Source of the DNA: an uncultured Bacteroides sp.
GTDB taxonomy: Bacteria; Bacteroidota; Bacteroidia; Bacteroidales; Bacteroidaceae
NCBI GenBank assembly: GCA_944322355.1
Contig: CALUOT010000003.1
Coordinates: 1,549 to 65,548, forward strand
Reading direction: 5' to 3'
DNA: 64,000 nt
Shown here: piece by piece, positions 58,661-64,000 of the stretch
Layout: every line of letters starts with the position of its first letter
Numbering within the stretch: the stretch's first letter is position 1
The notes under the pieces: generated by a model
Databases searched by the model: none
Told to the model about the DNA's origin: nothing
What the model saw: only the letters and a program-made list of their open reading frames with translations
Made by a program: the position numbers and the translations under genes

Positions 58661-60358
58661 ATGCGTATGAAAACTTTCTATAATAATATAGTTAATGCAC
58701 TGAAATACGGTTTATGCTTCCTGCCATTACTGGGAGGAGTATATGGTTGTTCCGATTTATTGGATAAATATCCTCAATCATCTATTTCTGATGGGAATTT
58801 CTGGACAGGTGAAAGTGATGCTTATTTAGCTTTAGTGGGCTGCTACCGTTTTCAAACAGGATGGTCGCATGATGATTTTGCTACACCTCAAGGATTATTA
58901 TATTTGGATTTAGCAGGCGGTAATGGTACGGAGAAGGAAAATTTTACGACCTTAATGGCTAGTACAAATACTTTATCTACTAATGGGAATCTGCAATGGT
59001 ATTGGAATAATGCCTATATACAAATTGCAAAGTATAATAATTTTCTGGATAATGTGGTAAATTGTCCGATGAGTAGTGAAGAAGTAAGAGCTCAATGGAT
59101 GGCTGAAGCAAAATGCTTGCGTGCTTATTTCTTGTTTTATTTAGCATTTCATTTTAAGGATGTACCGATGCCATTAACGACATTGACTTTGGAGGAAGCG
59201 AATACTATATCACAAACCCCACAGTCGGATGTATACAATCAAGTGGAAACAGATTTGTTGGAAGCTATTGAGGTTTTACCCAATGAATATGAAGCTTCGG
59301 AATATGGCCGTTTCACTAAGGGAGCTGCACGTACGTTGTTGAGTCGTGTATATTTGGCACAAGATAAGTGGAGTGAGGCAGCGTCTGTATTGAAAGACGT
59401 TATAGATTCTGGGCTTTATGAGTTAGATCGTCGTAATGGAACTGACAGTTATGAGAAGCTTTTCCAAATAGGGGGTGAATATAGTCCTGAGATGATATTT
59501 TGCATCATGGGCATAGAAGATTTGTATACGACTTCACGTTATCAGTATCTCTATCCAGAGTGTGCATACGGTGGATGGCATCAGTTTGCTGTTTATAATG
59601 AGTTGGTAAAAGAATATTTCTGCACAGATGGTAAGGATATAAAAACTTCGTCAGTTTATAATGATAACGATCCCTATGTGAATCGGGAAATTCGTTTGTA
59701 TGCTTCTGTCTTTTTACCACCATTAGGTAGTTATCCTGGAACAAAATATAATGATATTACTTATGATTGTTTCAATGGGCCTAATACAGCAGATAGTTAC
59801 AATCGTTACACATTGTTTAATGGATATTGTCCTAAGAAAGGATGTGATCCTTCTATTACCAATAATTTAGGTTCTACTCCTACTTATACTCCGTTGATGC
59901 GTTACGCAGAAGTGCTTTTAAGTTATTTGGAAGCATTAAATGAGGCTAATCCGAGTGATGTTACTCAGAGTGTATTGGATCAGACTATTAATGATATTCG
60001 TAACCGTGTCAATTTGCCTGATTATACAAAGGCCGAACTTGCTTCTCAGGAGGCAGTAAGACAAGCAGTGCGTAAGGAAAGAAGGGTTGAATTGGCTTTT
60101 GAAGGATTCCGTTATTTTGATGTGCTTCGTTGGGGAATTGCTGATAAAGAATTAAATCATACATTTACAGGCGTTAAGCTTTCGGATAACCCTGCCGATA
60201 GAAATTATCGTGGAAGTGGTTCTACGGCTTCTCCTGTGGATGAAGATATGTATTATCAGTTTGAAACTCGTACATGGGCTTCTCATAATCGCTATTTCCC
60301 TATTCCGCAAGCTGAAATGAATGTAAATAAGAGCTTAAAGCAGAATGAAGGATATTAA
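58661..60358 (+). CDS. susD: SusD/RagB surface glycan-binding lipoprotein
   Basis: Lipobox VYGC-SD; EAKCLRAY, TKGAA, RYAEVLL, ERRVELAFEGFRYFDVLRW, QNEGY. Confidence 0.96.
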   Translation: MRMKTFYNNIVNALKYGLCFLPLLGGVYGCSDLLDKYPQSSISDGNFWTGESDAYLALVGCYRFQTGWSHDDFATPQGLLYLDLAGGNGTEKENFTTLMASTNTLSTNGNLQWYWNNAYIQIAKYNNFLDNVVNCPMSSEEVRAQWMAEAKCLRAYFLFYLAFHFKDVPMPLTTLTLEEANTISQTPQSDVYNQVETDLLEAIEVLPNEYEASEYGRFTKGAARTLLSRVYLAQDKWSEAASVLKDVIDSGLYELDRRNGTDSYEKLFQIGGEYSPEMIFCIMGIEDLYTTSRYQYLYPECAYGGWHQFAVYNELVKEYFCTDGKDIKTSSVYNDNDPYVNREIRLYASVFLPPLGSYPGTKYNDITYDCFNGPNTADSYNRYTLFNGYCPKKGCDPSITNNLGSTPTYTPLMRYAEVLLSYLEALNEANPSDVTQSVLDQTINDIRNRVNLPDYTKAELASQEAVRQAVRKERRVELAFEGFRYFDVLRWGIADKELNHTFTGVKLSDNPADRNYRGSGSTASPVDEDMYYQFETRTWASHNRYFPIPQAEMNVNKSLKQNEGY

Positions 60359-60398
60359 TGAATTTATGGCAGGGTGGGTGGGTATAAAGACTAACCAA

Positions 60399-60776
60399 AT
60401 GAAAGGATATCTGATGAATAAATACGTAGTACCTACTAAAAGGTATTGTCAGGTACTGAGCTTAAGGAATAATCCAGACTTAATAGCTGAATATCGTAGA
60501 GTACATAGTCGGGAAGAAGCATGGCCGGAAATTCGGGAAGGAATACGTTCGGTCGGAATATTAGAGATGGAAATGTATATTTCCGGTTCTCAGGTGTTTA
60601 TGATAGTAGAGACTCCGTTAGATTTTGATTGGGATAAGGCTATGGAGAAGCTTTCTCATTTGCCCCGGCAACAAGAGTGGGAAGATTATGTGGCTCGTTT
60701 TCAAGAATGTGTACCTGGCAGTACTTCTGCGCAGAAGTGGAAATTGATGGAACGAATGTTTTATTTGTATAAATGA
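60399..60776 (+). CDS. L-rhamnose/L-fucose mutarotase (RhaM-like)
   Basis: IAEYRRVH...WPEI...GILEMEMY, QQEWE, KWKLMERMF; start MKGYL at 60399 (60414 also possible). Confidence 0.85.
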   Translation: MKGYLMNKYVVPTKRYCQVLSLRNNPDLIAEYRRVHSREEAWPEIREGIRSVGILEMEMYISGSQVFMIVETPLDFDWDKAMEKLSHLPRQQEWEDYVARFQECVPGSTSAQKWKLMERMFYLYK

Positions 60777-61009
60777 ATCATTCTGACACTTTGACTTTCC
60801 TAGTTGCTGAGAATTGCGTATTTCCGACCGAAGTACGTCCCGGTGGATTTCAAATGAAGAAAAAACGGCCTTTATACCTCATTCACAAGTAAATAGGACG
60901 GAATTTAACACTTGAAGACACGTAAAGTAGAGCAAAAAGCGGCCTGTAGAAGCCCGAAATTCTCGAATTTCTTTCTGAATCTTGACAAATTCACCCTCTA
61001 AAACCGCTT

Positions 61010-61107
61010 AACTACCCATGGATAGTTGCTAAACTACCCGTGGAAGGTTGCTTATTTACCCCTGGAAGAAGCAATGTGATGCCCTGGAAGAAGCATTGTT
61101 CTGCCCC
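61010..61107. repeat. Drifting tandem repeat, about 4.5 x 22 bp (..CCCnTGGA..)
   Basis: AACTACCCATGGATAGTTGCTA, AACTACCCGTGGAAGGTTGCTT, ATTTACCCCTGGAAGAAGCAAT, GTGATGCCCTGGAAGAAGCATT. Confidence 0.8.
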
Positions 61108-61356
61108 AAAACATGGTATGTGATGCATTGGGAGACTGTTTTTGGCAGTCTTTAACGCCTCTTTTTCAAGAGTGGAAAAACTGCCGTGTTAGCAAAACGG
61201 ACTGATTTGCGACTTTTTGAAAGGCAAATCGGGATTTCTCAATCAGCTGCGATTAAGCATTTAGGTCTGGCAAGTGCTCAACTTGTTAGTGGATAAGTGG
61301 ACAAGGACTCCTTGTAGTCTCGTTAACTTGTCTCTTGTCTGCTGACGAAAGCCTTG

Positions 61357-61425
61357 GCCAACTTGTGAAATGAAAACGCGCCAATTTGTGAGTTGAAAAT
61401 GCGCCAATTTGTGAAATGACTATGA
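61357..61425. repeat. Tandem repeat, 3 x 23 bp (GCCAATTTGTGAAATGAAAATGC)
   Basis: Units start at 61357, 61380, 61403. Confidence 0.88.
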
Positions 61426-61488
61426 AAATAGCCGGATTTTATCAATTGTTTTTCCTATCTTTGCAGACGTTCGGTTAACCTTTATAGG

Positions 61489-64000
61489 ATGATGATGATG
61501 TGTATTCGGAACATACTTTTATGGCTCGTTTTGTTTTCTTGGGGAAAGCACTGCATGGCTGCTACCTTGCCTTTTGAGTCGCCGGCAGTTTTACAAGGAT
61601 TGTCTAATAAAGAAGTGCAAGCCATTTGCCAGGATAGGGAAGGATATATTTGGATTGGTACGCGGAACGGATTGTTTCGTTATGATGGTTATTCTTTAGT
61701 GGCTTATAAATCTAATTTTGCGAATCCCGATTTGCTAACTCATAATAATATATATTGTATGGCAGAAGATAGCTGCCATCGTTTGTGGATTGGGACACAG
61801 AGGGGATTGAATGTGCTTGATAAGCGCACCGGTCGGGTTCGGAAATATGTGGATGTCCCATTTGGGAGTATTGGGGTTTCTCAAGTTCTGGTAACTACTG
61901 ACCATCGGATATGGCTGGGTACGGAGAGAGGATTATATGAATATAGAGAAGCTACGGATGATTTTGTAAGTCTGGATAGTTTGATGACTGGTGGGGGGTA
62001 TCGTTCGGTAGCAGTTAAGTCGTTGCTGGAAGATGATCGGGGTGATATTTGGATCGGTACTTGGAATCGTGGTTTATATCGTTACGAGCGAAAGTCGGAT
62101 ACTTATGTCCAGTATCCTCCCATGAATCCGCGCAATTCGGCACATGTCGTATTTCAAGATAGTCGGAAGAATATTTGGGTAGGCACATGGGGATGTGGTT
62201 TGCAGTTATTGCATGATGCTTACGATCCTTCACGTACTTCATGGACTACCTTCAGGGCGAATCATCAGGTGGAAGGAAGCCTTGCAGATGATTTGATTTA
62301 TGCCCTTGCAGAAGACATCGAAACTCATACCCTTTGGGTTGGAACACGTGGTGCTTTAAGCGTTTTGTCATTAAATTGCCTCCACAATACAGATTCTATT
62401 ACTGATTATCAGTGTATAATGAGAAGTTTTTGTAATTATTCAGCTTTAGAAACCAATTGTTCCATAGCGAGTGGTGAAGTGGCAGCTTTGTTATGTGACA
62501 GGCAGGGAATCATGTGGATTGGGATGATTGGAGGAGGTGTCCAGTTGGTCAATCCTCACAAGGCCCGTTTTTCGCTGGACCGCTTGTCACAGGTGAAACG
62601 TATGTCCGGATCCAGTTCCGTGCGTAGTATGACAGTGGATAACCAAGGTAAACTTTGGCTGGGTACGGGAACAGATGGCTTTGGCATTCTTGACCGACGT
62701 TCCGGACATTTTACTTATTACAAGCAATGGGATGAGTTTGCTGCCTATCGTCCGCTTTCCTCGGTGATGTGTATTATGCAGTCTCCTTCGACGGGTCGCA
62801 TGTGGTTGGGAGTGTATGATGGAGGTATTTATGAAATAGACTCTTCAGCCCCTGCCGGGCAGCGGGTGGTTCATTATGATGGGGCGGCTTTGCTGTGTGA
62901 TGACTGTGTGTACGGCTTGTATGAGGATACCGATCGGAACTTATGGATAGCTGCCCGTGGAGGAATTTCTATGCGTGCATCCGACGGCATAGCCATGTGT
63001 ATGGATTTGTCCCAAGTGGAAGGCTTGATGACAGACGGAATCGTATTTGTCCAGTTGATTGGGGGAAATGGGATAGATAAATGGGCGGCTTCCAATACAA
63101 GCGGAATCTTGAGAATATCCGGCCGAGGCAATCGAAAGGAGGATTATCAGCTACGGGCCTATTCGGAAGGTAATGGGAAACTGACGGATAATCATATCAA
63201 TTGTGTTTTCAGGGATTCTCGAGGCCGTATTTGGGCAGGTACGGGAGGAAGTGGCCTGAATTTATATAAGGAAACAGAAGACCGGTTTGTGCCGGTACAT
63301 GTGGCTTGGAACTTGCCGGGAGATGCCGTAATCAGTATGCTGGAAGATGACTACGGGTGTTTGTGGCTTTCTACCAATGCCGGGTTGGTGAAGTTGTGCT
63401 TGTCTGACGATTTGCAGCAGGTACGCGTACGACTATATACGGTTTCGGACGGTTTGCAGGATAATTTGTTTAATCGGGGAGCAGTGGCCAAGTCGGCGGA
63501 TGGCGAGTTGTTCTTTGGGGGGCATCATGGGTATAATAGTTTTTATGCTTCTCATTCGACAGTAGATACTTTTGTGTCGCCTGTCGTACTGACGGATGTG
63601 AAGCTCTTTAATCGCTCTTGGAGTGATTTACCCTTGGAAGAACGTCAACGAGTTTCTTTATTGGCACCTGCTTTTTCGGAAGAGTTGTGTTTGGACTATC
63701 GCCATAATAATTTTACCATGGAGTTTTCGGCCTTGGAGTATGCTTCGCCGGATCGTAACCGGTATGCTTATAAACTGGAAGGATTTGATGCCGATTGGCA
63801 ATATACGGATGCTTCCCGGCATTTTGCTTACTATAACAATTTAGCTCCCGGTCGTTATCTTTTTCGGGTGAAAGCTTCCAATTCGGCTGGTGTATGGAAT
63901 GAGGTCACCACCGATAAGGCGATAGTGGTTTTGCCCCCGCCTTGGCGTACGGGATGGGCCTATTTAGGCTATCTGTTGTTGACGCTTGTTGTGGGATGTC
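61489..64000 (+). CDS. Hybrid two-component sensor/regulator, N-terminal part; runs off the window and is absent from the ORF track
   Basis: Translated by hand at both ends in one frame: MMMMCIRNILLW...GLSNKEVQAICQDREGYIWIGTRNGLFRYDGY (Reg_prop repeats) ... YNNLAPGRYLFRVKASNSAGVWN (Y_Y_Y) ... PPPWRTGWAYLGY (TM); -7 TATCTTTG at 61456-61463. Confidence 0.93.
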   Translation, partial: MMMMCIRNILLWLVLFSWGKHCMAATLPFESPAVLQGLSNKEVQAICQDREGYIWIGTRNGLFRYDGYSLVAYKSNFANPDLLTHNNIYCMAEDSCHRLWIGTQRGLNVLDKRTGRVRKYVDVPFGSIGVSQVLVTTDHRIWLGTERGLYEYREATDDFVSLDSLMTGGGYRSVAVKSLLEDDRGDIWIGTWNRGLYRYERKSDTYVQYPPMNPRNSAHVVFQDSRKNIWVGTWGCGLQLLHDAYDPSRTSWTTFRANHQVEGSLADDLIYALAEDIETHTLWVGTRGALSVLSLNCLHNTDSITDYQCIMRSFCNYSALETNCSIASGEVAALLCDRQGIMWIGMIGGGVQLVNPHKARFSLDRLSQVKRMSGSSSVRSMTVDNQGKLWLGTGTDGFGILDRRSGHFTYYKQWDEFAAYRPLSSVMCIMQSPSTGRMWLGVYDGGIYEIDSSAPAGQRVVHYDGAALLCDDCVYGLYEDTDRNLWIAARGGISMRASDGIAMCMDLSQVEGLMTDGIVFVQLIGGNGIDKWAASNTSGILRISGRGNRKEDYQLRAYSEGNGKLTDNHINCVFRDSRGRIWAGTGGSGLNLYKETEDRFVPVHVAWNLPGDAVISMLEDDYGCLWLSTNAGLVKLCLSDDLQQVRVRLYTVSDGLQDNLFNRGAVAKSADGELFFGGHHGYNSFYASHSTVDTFVSPVVLTDVKLFNRSWSDLPLEERQRVSLLAPAFSEELCLDYRHNNFTMEFSALEYASPDRNRYAYKLEGFDADWQYTDASRHFAYYNNLAPGRYLFRVKASNSAGVWNEVTTDKAIVVLPPPWRTGWAYLGYLLLTLVVGC

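Noticed and set aside
60780-61000. Possible IS end or transposase remnant after the mutarotase
   Set aside because: No partner inverted repeat, target duplication or transposase-like translation found by eye; needs an ISfinder search.

Overview
Chromosomal window from a Bacteroidaceae-type gut bacterium (Bacteroides/Phocaeicola/Mediterranea-like), judged from TAnnTTTG -7 promoter elements before most operons, a SusC/SusD pair, a hybrid two-component sensor and the dehydrogenase-bcp-recA operon. About 35 protein genes; no rRNA, tRNA, CRISPR or intact transposase was recognised. In order: the 3' part of a DUF3987/VirE-like NTPase gene interrupted by one in-frame TGA plus a DUF5675 gene; pflA/pflB; a ~400 nt promoter-led, highly structured leader in front of a 137-aa orphan; glnA (GSIII), YitT, DUF3256, GAF/fRMsr, EamA, truA, MATE, MalY/PatB, DUF5715, nnr, hpt, adk; a 1403-aa dehydratase-activase fusion; flavin reductase plus AlkZ-related gene; a sugar locus without SusC/D (AraC, 808-aa secreted orphan, MFS porter, YphG/DUF5107, GH2, GH35); a phosphate cluster (phosphoesterase, ppk1, PiT) followed by TonB receptor, Lys-depleted lipoprotein and lipoprotein endonuclease; META, dehydrogenase-bcp-recA; and a fucosidase PUL ending in a truncated HTCS gene missing from the ORF track. 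Best leads: (1) the switch-like RNA at 4.86-5.26 kb with its orphan ORF; (2) a putative Pho-linked extracellular nucleic-acid scavenging locus; (3) mirror-image divergent promoters tying the 808-aa orphan to the YphG operon; (4) eight mostly sequence-unrelated intergenic tandem arrays that all share a 22-24 bp period. All family calls are from motif recognition by eye; no searches were run.
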